A DNA stretch of 64,000 nt. It comes from the human T2T-CHM13v2.0 reference genome, Homo sapiens. Both the position numbers and the translations under genes were made by a program. Below, piece by piece: positions 14,050 through 29,150 of the stretch. The notes beneath the pieces were generated by a model. The model saw nothing but the letters and a program-made list of their open reading frames with translations. It did not search any database and was not told the origin of the DNA. Position 1 is the stretch's first letter, and every line of letters begins with the position of its first letter. The stretch lies in assembly GCF_009914755.1 (NCBI RefSeq), contig NC_060933.1. One strand, 5' to 3'.

Positions 14050-17000
14050 ATTCCATTCCATTCCATTCCATTCCATTCCATTCCGGAAGATTCCATTCCA
14101 TTGCATTCCATTCCATTCCATTCCCCTGCACTCGCGTTGATTCCATTCCATTCCATTCCATTCCATTCCATTCAATTCCGTTCCGTTCCATTCCACTCCA
14201 TTCCATTCCATTCCATTCCATTCCATTCCGTTGCGTTCCATTCCATTCCATTCCATTCCATTCTATTCGGGTTAATTCCATTCGATTCCATTCGATTGCA
14301 ATCGAGTTGATTCCATTCCATTCCATTCCATTCCATTCCATTCCATTCCTTTCCATTCCATTACGGATGATTCCATTCCATTGCATTCCATACCATTCCA
14401 TTCCCCTATACTCGGGTTGATTCCATTCCATTCCATTCCAATCCATGCCATTCCACTCGTGTTGACTCCATTCTTTCCATTCTATTCAAGTTGAATCCAT
14501 TCCATTGCATTCCATTCCATTCGATTCCATTCGATTGCACTCGGGTTGATTCCATTCCATTGCATTCCATTCCATTCCATTACATTCCATTCCATTCCGT
14601 TCCATTCCATTTCATTACATTCAGATTGATTCTATTCAATTCCCTTACACTCCATTATATTCCAATCCATTCTGGTTGTCTCCATTCCATTCCATTCCAT
14701 TTCACTCCATTCCATTGCACTCGGGTTGATTCCATTCCATTCCATTCCATTGCATTCCATTCCATTCCATTCTGGATGATTCCATTCCATTGCATTCCAT
14801 TCCATTCCATTCCCCTGCACTCTGGTTGATTCCATTCCATTCCATTCCATTACATTCCGTTCCATTCCATTCCATTCCATTCGGATTGATTCTATTCAAT
14901 TCCCTTACATTCCATTCCATTCCATTCCATTCGGGTAGTTTCCATTCCATTCCATTCCATTCCTCTCCATTCCATTGCATTCGGGTTGATTCCATTCCAT
15001 TCCATTCCATTCCATTCCATTCCATTCCATTCCGTTCCATTGTACTCGGGTTGATTCCATTCCATTGCATTCCCTTCCATTCCATTCCATTCCATTCCAT
15101 TCCATTCCATTCCATTCCATTCCGTTCGATTCCATTACATTCGGATTGTTTCTATTCAACTCCCTTTGTCTCCATTACATTCCATTCCATTCGGGTTGTT
15201 CCATTCCATTCCATTCCATTCCACTCCATTCCATTGCGCTCGGGTTGATTCCATTCCATTCCATTCCATTCCATTCCATTCCATTCCATTCCATTCCGGA
15301 TGATTCCATTCCATTGCATTCCGTTCCATTACATTCCCCTGCACTCGGGTTGATTCCATTCCATTCCATTCCATTCCATACGATTCCATTCCATTCCAAT
15401 TCTTTCCATTCCATTCTATTCCGTACCATTCCATTCCATTCCATACAATTCCATTCCATTCCATTGCACTCCGTTCCGTTCCGTTCCGTTCTGTTCCGTT
15501 CCATTCCATTCCATTCCATTCTATTCGGTTTAATTCCATTCCATTCCATTCCATTCCATTCCATTCTATTCCATTCCATTGCAATCGAGTTGAATCCATT
15601 GCATTCCATTCCATTCCATTCCATTCCATTCCATTCCGGAAGATTCCATTCCATTGCATTCCATTGCATTCCATTCCATTCCATTCCATTCCATTCCATT
15701 CCATTCCATTGTACTCGGGTTGACTCCATTCCATTGCATTCCATTCCATTCCATTCCATTCCATTCCATTCCGTTCCATTCCATTCCATTACATTCGGAT
15801 TGATTCTTTTCAACTCCCTTACTCTCCATTACATTCCATTCCATTCGGGTTGTTCCATTCCATTCCATTCCATTCCACTCCATTCCATTGCACTCGGGTT
15901 GATTCCATTCCATTCCATTCCATTCCATTCCATTCCATTCCGGAAGATTCCATTCCATTGCATTCCATTCCATTCCATTCCCCTGCACTCGCGTTGATTC
16001 CATTCCATTCCATTCCATTCCATTCCATTCAATTCCGTTCCGTTCCATTCCACTCCATTCCATTCCATTCCATTCCATTCCATTCCGTTGCGTTCCATTC
16101 CATTCCATTCCATTCCATTCTATTCGGGTTAATTCCATTCCATTCCATTCGATTGCAATCGAGTTGATTCCATTCCATTCCATTCCATTCCATTCCATTC
16201 CATTCCTTTCCATTCCATTACGGATGATTCCATTCCATTGCATTCCATACCATTCCATTCCCCTATACTCGGGTTGATTCCATTCCATTCCATTCCAATC
16301 CATGCCATTCCACTCGTGTTGACTCCATTCTTTCCATTCCATTCAAGTTGAATCCATTCCATTGCATTCCATTCCATTCGATTCCATTCGATTGCACTCG
16401 GGTTGATTCCATTCCATTGCATTCCATTCCATTCCATTACATTCCATTCCATTCCGTTCCATTCCATTTCATTACATTCAGATTGATTCTATTCAATTCC
16501 CTTACACTCCATTATATTCCAATCCATTCTGGTTGTCTCCATTCCATTCCATTCCATTTCACTCCATTCCATTGCACTCGGGTTGATTCCATTCCATTCC
16601 ATTCCATTGCATTCCATTCCATTCCATTCTGGATGATTCCATTCCATTGCATTCCATTCCATTCCATTCCCCTGCACACTGGTTGATTCCATTCCATTCC
16701 ATTCCATTACATTCCGTTCCATTCCATTCCATTCCATTCGGATTGATTCTATTCAATTCCCTTACATTCCATTCCATTCCATTCCATTCGGGTAGTTTCC
16801 ATTCCATTCCATTCCATTCCTCTCCATTCCATTGCATTCGGGTTGATTCCATTCCATTCCATTCCATTCCGTTCCATTGTACTCGGGTTGATTCCATTCC
16901 ATTGCATTCCCTTCCATTCCATTCCATTCCATTCCATTCCATTCCATTCCGTTCGATTCCATTACATTCGGATTGTTTCTATTCAACTCCCTTTGTCTCC

Positions 17001-19600
17001 ATTACATTCCATTCCATTCGGGTTGTTCCATTCCATTCCATTCCATTCCACTCCATTCCATTGCGCTCGGGTTGATTCCATTCCATTCCATTCCATTCCA
17101 TTCCATTCCATTCCATTCCGGATGATTCCATTCCATTGCATTCCGTTCCATTACATTCCCCTGCACTCGGGTTGATTCCATTCCATTCAATTCCATTCCA
17201 TACGATTCCATTCCATTCCAATTCTTTCCATTCCATTCTATTCCGTACCATTCCATTCCATTCCATACAATTCCATTCCATTCCATTGCACTCCGTTCCG
17301 TTCCGTTCCGTTCTGTTCCGTTCCATTCCATTCCATTCCATTCTATTCGGTTTAATTCCATTCCATTCCATTCCATTCCATTCCATTCTATTCCATTCCA
17401 TTGCAATCGAGTTGAATCCATTGCATTCCATTCCATTCCATTCCATTCCATTCCGGAAGATTCCATTCCATTGCATTCCATTGCATTCCATTCCATTCCA
17501 TTCCATTCCATTCCATTCCATTCCATTCCATTGTACTCGGGTTGATTCCATTCCATTGCATTCCATTCCATTCCATTCCATTCCATTCCATTCCATTCCG
17601 TTCCATTCCATTCCATTACATTCGGATTGATTCTTTTCAACTCCCTTACTCTCCATTACATTCCATTCCATTCGGGTTGTTCCATTCCATTCCATTCCAT
17701 TCCACTCCATTCCATTGCACTCGGGTTGATTCCATTCCATTCCATTCCATTCCATTCCATTCCATTCCGGAAGATTCCATTCCATTGCATTCCATTCCAT
17801 TCCATTCCCCTGCACTCGCGTTGATTCCATTCCATTCCATTCTATTCCATTCCATTCCCTTCCTTTCCTTTCCATTCCATTCCATTCCATTCCATTCCAT
17901 TACGTTCCGTTCCATTCCATTCCATTCCATTCTATTCGGGTTAATTCCATTCCATTCCATTCGATTGCAATCGAGTTGATTCCATTCCATTCCATTCCAT
18001 TCCATTCCATTCCATTCCATTCCTTTCCATTCCTTTACGGATGATTCCATTCCATTGCATTCCATTACATTCCATTCCCCTGTACTCGGGTTGATTCCAT
18101 TCCATTCCATTCCATTCCATGCCATTCCACTCGTGTTGATTCCATTCTTTCCATTCCATTCAAGTTGAATCCATTCCATTGCATTCCATTCCATTCGATT
18201 CCATTCGATTGCACTCGGGTTGATTCCATTCCATTGCATTCCATTCCATTTCATTCCATTCCATTCCATTCCATTCCATTCCGTTCCATTCCATTTCATT
18301 ACATTCAGATTGATTCTATTCAATTCCCTTACACTCCATTATATTCCAATCCATTCTGGTTGTCTCCATTCCATTCCATTCCATTTCACTGCATTCCATT
18401 GCACTCGGGTTGATTCCATTCCATTCCATTCCATTGCATTCCAATCCATTCCATTCCGGATGATTCCATTCCATTGCATTCCATTCCATTCCATTCCCCT
18501 GCACTCGGGTTGATTCCATTCCATTCCATTCCATTACATTCCGTTCCATTCCATTCGATTCCATTCGGATTGATTCTATTCAATTCCCTTACACTCCATT
18601 CCATTCCATTCCATTCGGGTAGTTTTCATTCCATTCCATTCCATTCCTCTCCATTCCATTGCACTCGGGTTGATTCCATTCCATTCCATTCCATTCCATT
18701 CCATTCCATTCCATTCCATTCCATTCCGTTCCATTCCATTACATTCGGATTGATTCTATTCAACTACCTTACTCTCCCTTACATTCCATTCCATTCGGGT
18801 TGTTCCATTCCATTCCATTCCATTCCACTCCATTCCATTGCGCTCGGGTTGATTCCATTCCATTCCATTCCATTCCATTCCATTCCATTCCATTCCGGAT
18901 GATTTCATTCCATTGCATTCCGTTCCATTACATTCCCCTGCACTCGGGTTGATTCCATTCCATTCCATTCCATTCCATTCCATTCCATTCCATTCCAATT
19001 CTTTCCATTCCATTCTATTCCGTACCATTCCATTCCATTCCATACAATTCCATTCCATTCCATTCCACTCCGTTCCCTTCCGTTCCGTTCTGTTCCGTTC
19101 CATTCCATTCCATTCCATTCTATTCGGTTTAATTCCATTCCATTCAATTCCATTCCATTCCATTCTATTCCATTCCATTGCAATCGAGTTGAATCCATTG
19201 CATTCCATTCCATTCCATTCCATTCCATTCCATTCCATTCCATTCAGGAAGATTCCATTTCATTGCATTCCATTGCATTCCATACCATTCCATTCCATTC
19301 CATTCCATTCCATTGTACTCGGGTTGATTCCATTCCATTGCATTCCATTCCATTCCATTCCATTCCATTCCATTCCATTCCGTGCCATTCCATTCCATTA
19401 CATTCGGATTGATTCTTTTCAACTACCTTACTCTCCATTACATTCCATTCCATTCGGGTTGTTCCATTCCATTCCATTCCATTCCACTCCATTCCATTGC
19501 ACTCGGGTTGATTCCATTCCATTCCATTCCATTCCATTCCATTCCATTCCATTCCGGAAGATTCCATTCCATTGCATTCCGTTCCATTACATTCCCCTGC
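14050..19600 (+). repeat. ~1.83-1.86 kb unit in three tandem copies (a partial, more diverged fourth runs to ~20400)
   Basis: CCCCTATACTC at 14403/16260 and GTTGACTCC at 14461/16318 (offset 1857); TCCCTTTGTCTCC at 15161/16988 (offset 1827); GCGCTCGGG at 15236/17063/18840; TTCAGATTGATT...TATATTCCAATCCATTCTGGTTG module near 14620, 16480, 18305 and 20150. ORF-track offsets 1857/1827 agree. Confidence 0.88.
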
Positions 19601-22600
19601 ACTCGCGTTGATTCCATTCCATTCCTTTCCATTCCATTCGATTCCATTCCATTCCCCTGCACTCGCGTTGATTCCATTCCATTCCATTCCATTCCATTCC
19701 ATTCCATTCCATTCCATTCCATTCCTTTCCGTTCCATTCCATTCCATTCCATTCCATTCCGTTCCGTTCCATTCCATTCCATTCCATTCTATTCGGGTTA
19801 ATTCCATTCCATTCCATTCGATTGTAATCGAGTTGATTCCATTCCATTCCATTCCATTCCATTCCATTCCAGTCCTTTCCATTCGTTTCCATTCCATTAC
19901 TGATGATTCCATTCCATTGCATTCCATTCCATTCTATTCCCCTGTACTCGGGTTGATTCCATTCCATTCCATTCCAATCCATGCCATTCCACTCGTGTTG
20001 ATTCCATTCTTTCCTTTCCATTCAAGTTGAATCCATTCCATTGCATCCCATTGCATTCGATTCCATTCGATTGCACTCGGGTTGATTCCATTCCATTGCA
20101 TTCCATTTCATTCCATTCCATTCCATTCCGTTCCATTCCATTTCATTACATTCAGATTGATTCTTTTCAATTCCCTTACACTCCATTATATTCCAATCCA
20201 TTCTGGTTGTTTCCATTCCATTCCATTCCATTTCACTCCATTCCATTGCACTCGGGTTGATTCCATTCCATTCCATTCCATTGCATTCCTTTCCATTCCA
20301 TTCCGGATGATTCCATTCCATTGCATTCCATTCCATTCCATTCCCCTGCACTCAGGTTGATTCCATTCCATTCCACTCCATTCCGTTCCATTGCATTCCA
20401 TTCCATTGTATTCGGGTTAATTCCATTCCATTCCATTCCATTCCATTCCATTCCATTCCATTCCATTACAATCGAGTTGATTCCACTCCATTCCATTCCA
20501 TTCCAGTCCTTTCCATTCCATTCCACTCGGGTTGATTCCATTCTATTAGTTTCCATTCCATTCCATTCCCTTCCATTCCACTCTGGTTGATTCCATTCCT
20601 TACCATTCCACTCGAAAACATTCCCTCCTATTCCACTCGGAACGATTCCATTCCATTCCATTCCATTCCACTCCATTCCATTCCATTCTATTCCATTCCA
20701 TTCCATTCCGTTCCATTCCATTCCATTCCATTCGGATTGATTCTTTTCATCTCCCTTACTCTCCATTACATTCCATTCCATTCGGGTTGTTCCATTCCAT
20801 TCCATTCCATTCCACTCCATTCCATTGTACTCGGGTTGATTCCATTCCATTCCATTCCATTCCATTCCATTCCATTCCATTCCGGATGATTCCATTCCAT
20901 TGCATTCCGTTCCATTACATTCCCCTGCACTCGCGTTGATTCCATTCCATTCCATTCCATTCCATTCAATTCCATTCCATTACAATTCGTTCCATTCCAT
21001 TCTATTCCGTACCATTCCATTCCATTCCATACCATTCCATTCCATTCCATTCCGTTCCATTCCGTTCCATTCCATTCCATTCCATTCTGTTCGGATTAAT
21101 TCCATTGCATTCCATTCCTTTCCATTCCTTTCCATTGCATTCAATTCCATTCCATTCCGGATGATTCCATTCCATTGCATTCCATTCCATTCCATTCCCC
21201 TGCACTCGGGTTGATTCCATTCCATTCCATTCCATTCCATTACATTCCGTTCCATTCCATTCCATTCCATTCGGATTGATTCTATTCTATTCCCTTACAC
21301 TCCATTACATTCCATTCCATTCGGGTAGTTTCCATTCCATTCCGTGCCATTCCTCTCCATTCCATTGCACTCGGGTTGATTCCATTCCATTCCATTCCAT
21401 TCCATTACATTACATTCCATTCCGTTCCATTGTACTCGAGTTGATTCCATTCCATTGCATTCCATTCCATTCCATTCCATTCCATTCCATTCCATTCCAT
21501 TCCATTCCGTTCCATTCCATTACATTCGGATTGATTCTATTCAAATCCCTTACTCTCCATTACATTCCATTCCATTCGGGTTGTTCCATTCCTTTCCATT
21601 CCATTCCACTCCATTCCATTGCGCTTGGGTTGATTCCATTCCATTCCATTCCATTCCATTCCATTCCATTCCATTCCATTCTGGATGATTCCATTCCATT
21701 ACATTCCGTTCCATTACATTCCCCTGCACTCGGGTTGATTCCATTCCATTCCATTCCATTCCATTCCATTCGATTCCATTCCATTCCAATTCTTTCCATT
21801 CCATTCTATTCCGTACCATTCCATTCCATTCCATACAATTCCATTCCATTCCATTCCACTCCGTTCCGTTCCGTTCCGTTCTGTTCCGTTCCATTCCATT
21901 CCATTCCATTCTATTCGGTTTAATTCCATTCCATTCCATTCCATTCCATTCCATTCTATTCCATTCCATTGCAATCGAGTTGAATCCATTGCATTCCATT
22001 CCATTCCATTCCATTCCATTCCATTCCACTCCATTCCGGAAGATTCCATTCCATTGCATTCCATTCCATTCCATTCCATTCCATTCCATTGTATTCGGTT
22101 TGATTCCATTCCATTGCATTGCATTCCATTCCATTCCATTCCATTTCATTCCATTCCCTTCCATTCCATTCCATTTCATTCGGATTGATTCTTTTCAACT
22201 CCCTTACCCTCCATTACATTCCATTCCATTCCGGTTGTGCCATTCCATTCCATTCCATTCCACTCCATTCCATTGACTCGGGTTGATTCCATTCCATTCC
22301 ATTCCATTCCATTCCGGATGATTCCATTCCATTGCATTCCGTTCCATTACATTCCCCTGCACTCGGGTTGATTCCATTCCATTCCTTTCCATTCCATTCG
22401 ATTCCATTCCATTCCCCTGCACTCGCGTTGATTCCATTCCATTCCATTCCATTCCATTCCATTCCATTCCTTTCCGTTCCATTCCATTCCATTACATTCG
22501 GATTGATTCTATTCAATTCCCTTACACTCCATTACATTCCATTCCATTCGGGTAGTTTCCATTCCATTCCATTCCATTCCTCTCCATTCCATTGCACTCG

Positions 22601-23859
22601 GGTTGATTCCATTCCATTGCATTCCATTCCATTCCATTCAATTCCATTCCGTTCCATTCCATTCCATTACATTCGGATTGATTCTATTCAACTCCCTTAC
22701 TCTCCATTACATTCCATTCCATTCGGGTTGTTCCATTCCATTCCATTCCATTCCATTCCATTCGATTGCAATCGAGTTGATTCCACTCCATTCCATTCCA
22801 TTGCATTCCATTCCATTCAATTCCGGAAGATTCCATTCCATTGCATTCCATTCCATTCCATTCCCCTGCACTCGCGTTGATTCCATTCCATTCCATTCTA
22901 TTCCATTCCATTCCTTTCCTTTCCGTTCCATTCCATTCCATTCCATTCCATTCCATTCCATTCCATTCCGTTCCGTTCCATTCCATTCCATTCCATTCCA
23001 TTCTATTCGGTTAATTCCATTCCATTCCATTCGATTGCAATCGAGTTGATTCCATTCCATTCCATTCCATTCCATTCCATTCCATTCCATTCCTTTCCAT
23101 TCCATTACGGATGATTCCATTCCATTGCATTCCATTCCATTCCATTCCCCTGTACTCGGGTTGATTCCATTCCATTCCATTCCAATCCATGCCATTGCAC
23201 TCGTGTTGATTCCATTCATTCCATTCCATTCAAGTTGAATCCATTCCATTGCATTCCATTCTATTCGATTCCATTTGATTGCACTCGGGTTGATTCCATT
23301 CCATTGCATTCCATTCCATTCCAATCCATTCCATTCCATTCCATTCCATTCCTTTCCATTCCATTCCATTCCATTCCATTCCGTTCCATTCCATTCCATT
23401 ACATTCGGATTGATTCTATTCAATTCCCTTACACTCCATTACATTCCATTCCATTCGGGTAGTTTCCATTCCATTCCATTCCATTCCTCTCAATTCCATT
23501 GAACTCGGGTTGATTCCATTCCATTGCATTCCATTCCATTCCATTCAATTCCATTCCGTTCCATTCCATTCCATTACATTCGGATTGATTCTATTCAACT
23601 CCCTTACTCTCCATTACATTGCATTCCATTCGGGTTGTTCCATTCCATTCCATTTCATTCCACTCCATTCCATTGCACTCGGGTATATTCCATTCCATTC
23701 CATTCCATTCCATTCCATTCCATTCCTTTCCGTTCCATTCCATTCCATTCCATTCCATTACGTTCCGTTCCGTTCCATTCCATTCCATTCCATTCTATTC
23801 GGGTTAATTCCATTCCATTCCATTCGATTGCAATCGAGTTGATTCCATTCCATTCCATT

Positions 23860-26800
23860 CCATTTCATTCCGGAAGATTCCATTCCATTGCATTCCATTC
23901 CATTCCATTCCCCTGCACTCGCGTTGATTCCATTCCATTCCATTCCATTCCATTCCATTCCGTTCCGTTCCATTCCATTCCATTCCATTCCATTCCATTC
24001 CGTTCCGTTCCATTCCATTCCATTCCATTCTATTCGGGTTAATTCCATTCTATTCCATTCGATTGCAATCGAGTTGATTCCATTCCATTCCATTCCATTC
24101 CATTCCTTTCTATTACATTACGGATGATTCCATTCCATTGCATTCCATTCCATTCCATTCCCCTGTACTAGGGTTGATTCCATTCCATTCCATTCCAATC
24201 CATGCCATTCCACTAGTGTTGATTCCATTCTTTCCATTCCATTCAAGTTGAATCCATTCCATTGTATTCCATTCCATTCGATTCCATTCGATTGCACTCG
24301 GGTTGATTCCATTCCATTGCATTCCATTCCATTCCACTCCATTCCATTCCGTTCCATTCCATTCCATTACATTCGGATTGATTCTATTCAATTCCCTTAC
24401 ACTCCATTACATTCCATTCCATTCGGGTAGTTTCCATTCCATTCCATTCCATTCCTCTCCATTCCATTGCACTCGGGTTGATTCCATTCCATTGCATTCC
24501 ATTCCATTCCATTCAATTCCATTCCGTTCCATTCCATTCCATTACATTCGGATTGATCCTATTCCACTCCCTTACTCTCCATTACATTCCATTCCATTCG
24601 GGTTGTTCCATTCCATTCCATTCCTTTCCATTCCATTCCATTTCATTCGGATTGATTCTATTCAACACCCTTACTCTCCATTACATTCCATTCCATTCGG
24701 GTTGTTCCATTCCATTCCATTCCATTCCACTCCATTCCATTGGACTCGGGTTTATTCCATTCCATTCCATTCCATTCCATTCCATTCCATTCCATTCCGG
24801 AAGATTCCATTCAATTGCATTCCATTCCATTCCATTCCCTTGCACTCGCATTGATTCCATTCCATTCCATTCCATTCCATTCCATTCCTTTCCGTTCCAT
24901 TCCATTCCATTCCATTCCATTCCATTCCAATGCATTCCATTCCGTTCAGTTCCGTTCCATTCCATTCCATTCCATTCTATTCGGGTTAATTCCATTCCAT
25001 TCCGTTCGATTGCAATCGAGTTGATTCCATTCCATTCCATTCAATTCCATTCCATTCCATTCCATTCCTTTCCATTCCATTACGGATGATTCCATTCCAT
25101 TGCATTCCATTCCATTCCATTCCCCTGTACTCGGGTTGATTCCATTCCATTCCATTCCAATCCATGCCATTCCACTCGTGTTGATTCCATTCCATTCAAG
25201 TTGAGTCCATTCCTTTGCATTCCATTCCATTCCATCCCCCTGCAGTCGGGTTCTTTCCATTCCATTCCATTCCATTCCATTCCATTCCGTTCCGTTCCGT
25301 TCCGTTCCATTCCATTCCATTCCATTCTATTCGGGTTAATTCCATTCCATTCCATTCCATTCCATTCCATTCCATTCCAATCGGGTTGATTCCATTCCAT
25401 TCCATTCCATTCCATTCCACTCCATTCCAGTCCTTTCCATTCCATTCCACTCGGGTTGATTCCAATGTATTCCTTTCCATTCCATTCCATTCCATTGCAA
25501 TCGAGTTGATTCCATTGCTTTGCATTCCATTCCATTCCATTCCATTCCGGATGATTCCATTCCATTGCATTCCATTCTATTCCATTCCCCTGCACTCGGG
25601 TTGATTCCATTCCATTCCACTCCATTCCGTTCCATTCCATTCCATTGCATTGTATTCGGGTTAAATCCATTCCATTCCATTCCATTCCATTCCATTCCAT
25701 TCCATTCCATTCCATTCCATTCCATTACAATCGAGTTGATTCCATTCCATTCCATTCCATTCCAGTCCTTTCCATTCCATTCCTCTCGGGTTGATTCCAT
25801 TCTATTAGTTTCCATTCCATTCCATTCCCTTCCATTCCACTCTGGTTGATTCCATTCCTATCCATTCCACTCGAATACATTCCCTCCTATTCCACTCGGA
25901 ACGATTCCATTCCATTCCATTCCATTCCATTCCATTCCATTCCATTCCATTGCGTTCCATTCCATTCTATTCCGTATCATACCATTCCATTCCATTACAT
26001 TCCATTCCATTCCATTGTACTCGGCTTGATTCAATTCCATTGCATTTCATTCCATTCCATTCCGTTGCATTCCATTCCATTACATTCGGATTGATTCTAT
26101 TCAACTCCCTTACTCTCCATTACATTCCATTCCATTCGGGTTGTTCCATTCCATTCCATTCCATTCCAATCCATTCCATTGCACTCGGGTTGATTACATT
26201 CCATTCCATTCCATTCCGGATGATTCCATTCCATTGCATTCCGTTCCATTACATTCCCCTGCACTCGCGTTGATTCCATTCCATTCCATTCCATTCCATT
26301 CAATTCCATTCCATTACAATTCGTTCCATTCCATTCTATTCCGTACCATTCCATTCCATTCCATACCATTCCATTCCATTCCATTCCATTCCATTCCATT
26401 CTATTCGGATTAATTCCATTCCATTCCATTCCATTCCATTCTATTCCATTCCATTGCAATCGAGTTGAATCCATTGCATTCCATTCCATTCCATTCCATT
26501 CCATTCCATTCCATTTCATTCCGGAAGATTCCATTCCATTGCATTCCATTCCATTCCATTCCCCTTCACTCGCGTTGATTCCATTCCATTCCATTCCATT
26601 CCATTCCATTCCGTTCCGTTCCATTCCATTCCATTCCATTCCATTCCATTCCGTTCCGTTCCATTCCATTCCATTCCATTCTATTCGGGTTAATTCCATT
26701 CTATTCCATTCGATTGCAATCGAGTTGATTCCATTCCATTCCGTTCCATTCCATTCCTTTCCATTACATTACGGATGATTCCATTCCATTGCATTCCATT

Positions 26801-29150
26801 CCATTCCATTCCCCTGTACTAGGGTTGATTCCATTCCATTCCATTCCAATCCATGCCATTCCACTCGTGTTGATTCCATTCTTTCCATTCCATTCAAGTT
26901 GAATCCATTCCATTGTATACCATTCCATTCGATTCCATTCGATTGCAGTTGGGTTGATTCCATTCCATTGCATTCCATTCCATTCCATTCCATTCCATTC
27001 CGTTCCATTCCATTCCATTACATTCGGATTGATTCTATTCAATTCCCTTACACTCCATTACATTCCATTCCATTCGGGTAGTTTCCATTCCATTCCATTC
27101 CATTCCTCTCCATTCCATTGCACTCGGGTTGATTCCATTCCATTGCATTCCATTCCATTCCATTCAATTCCATTCCGTTCCATTCCATTCCATTACATTC
27201 GGATTGATCCTATGCAACTCCCTTACTCTCCATTACATTCCATTCCATTCGGGTTGTTCCATTCCATTCCATTCCTTTCCATTCCATTGCATTACTTTCG
27301 GATTGATTCTATTCAACTCCCTTACTCTCCATTACATTCCATTCCATTCGGGTTGTTCCATTCCATTCCATTCCATTCCACTCCATTCCATTTCACTCGG
27401 GTTTATTCCATTCCATTCCATTCCATTCCATTCCATTCCATTCCATTCCGGAAGATTCCATTCCATTGCATTCCATTCCATTCCATTCCCTTGCACTCGC
27501 GTTGATTCCATTCCATTCCATTCCATTCCATTCCATTCCTTTCCGTTCCATTCCATTCCATTCCATTCCATTCCAATGCATTCCATTCCGTTCCGTTCCG
27601 TTCCATTCCATTCCATTCCATTCTATTCGGGTTAATTCCATTCCATTCCGTTCGATTGCAATCGAGTTGATTCCATTCCATTCCATTCAATTCCATTCCA
27701 TTCCATTCCATTCCTTTCCATTCCATTACGGATGATTCCATTCCATTGCATTCCATTCCATTCCATTCCCCTGTACTCGGGTTGATTCCATTCCATTCCG
27801 TTCCAATCCATGCCATTCCACTCGTGTTGATTCCATTCTTTCCATTCCATTCAAGTTGAATCCATTCCATTGCATTCCATTCCATTCCATTCCCCTGCAG
27901 TCGGGTTGTTTCCATTCCATTCCATTGCATTCCATTCCATTCCATTCCGTTCCGTTCCTTTCCATTCCATTCCATTCCATTCTATTCGGGTTAATTCCAT
28001 TCCATTCCATTCCATTCCATTCCATTCCAATCGAGTTGATTCCATTCCATTCCATTCCATTCCATTCCACTCCATTGCAGTCCTTTCCATTCCATTCCAC
28101 TCGGGTTGATTCCAATGTATTCCTTTCCATTCCATTCCATTCCATTGCAATCGAGTTGATTCCATTGCTTTGCATTCTATTCCATTCCATTCCATTGCAT
28201 TCCATTCCATTCCATTCCGCTGCACTCGGGTTGATTCCATTCCATTCCACTCCATTCCGTTCCATTCCATTCCATTGCATTGTATTCGGGTTAATTCCAT
28301 TCCATTCCATTCCATTCCATTCCATTCCATTACAATCGAGTTGATTCCATTCCATTCCATTCCATTCCAGTCCTTTCCATTCCATTCCTCTCGGGTTGAT
28401 TCCATTCTATTAGTTTCCATTCCATTCCATTCCCTTCCATTCCACTCTGGTTGATTCCATTCCTTTCCATTCCACTCGAATACATTCCCTCCTATTCCAA
28501 TCGGAACGATTCCATTCCATTCCATTCCATTCCATTCCATTCCATTTCGTTCCATTCCATTCTATTCCGTATCATTCCATTCCATTTCATTCCCTTCCAT
28601 TCCATTCCATTCCATTCCATTCCATTGTACTCGGGTTGATTCAATTCCATTGCATTCCATTCCATTCCATTCCATTCCATTCCGTTGCATTCCATTCCAT
28701 TACATTCGGATTGATTGTATTCAACTCCCTTACTCTGCATTACATTCCATTCCATTCGCGTTGTTCCATTCCATTCCATTCCATTCCACTCCATTCCATT
28801 GCACTCGGGTTGATTCCATTCCATTCCATTCCATTCCATTATATTGCGGATGATTCCATTCCATTGCATTCCGTTCCATTACATTCCCCTGCACTCGCGT
28901 TGATTCCATTCCATTCCATTCCATTCCATTCAATTCCATTCCATTACAATTCGTTCCATTCCATTCTATTCCGTACCATTCCATTCCATTCAATACCATT
29001 CCATTCCATTCCATTCCATTCCGTTCCATTCCGTTCCATTAAATTCCATTCCATTCTATTCGAATTAATTCCATTCCATTCCATTCCATTCCATTCTATT
29101 CCATTCCATTGCAATCGATTTGAACCCATTGCATTTCATTCCATTCCATT
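23860..29150 (+). repeat. ~2.65 kb tandem duplication
   Basis: GTACTAGGGTTG at 24165/26816 and GATTGATCCT at 24551/27202 (offset 2651); CCAATGCATT at 24927/27573. Both copies carry the same internal ~99 bp duplication of the CCCTTACTCTCC...GGGTTGTTCC module. Confidence 0.87.
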
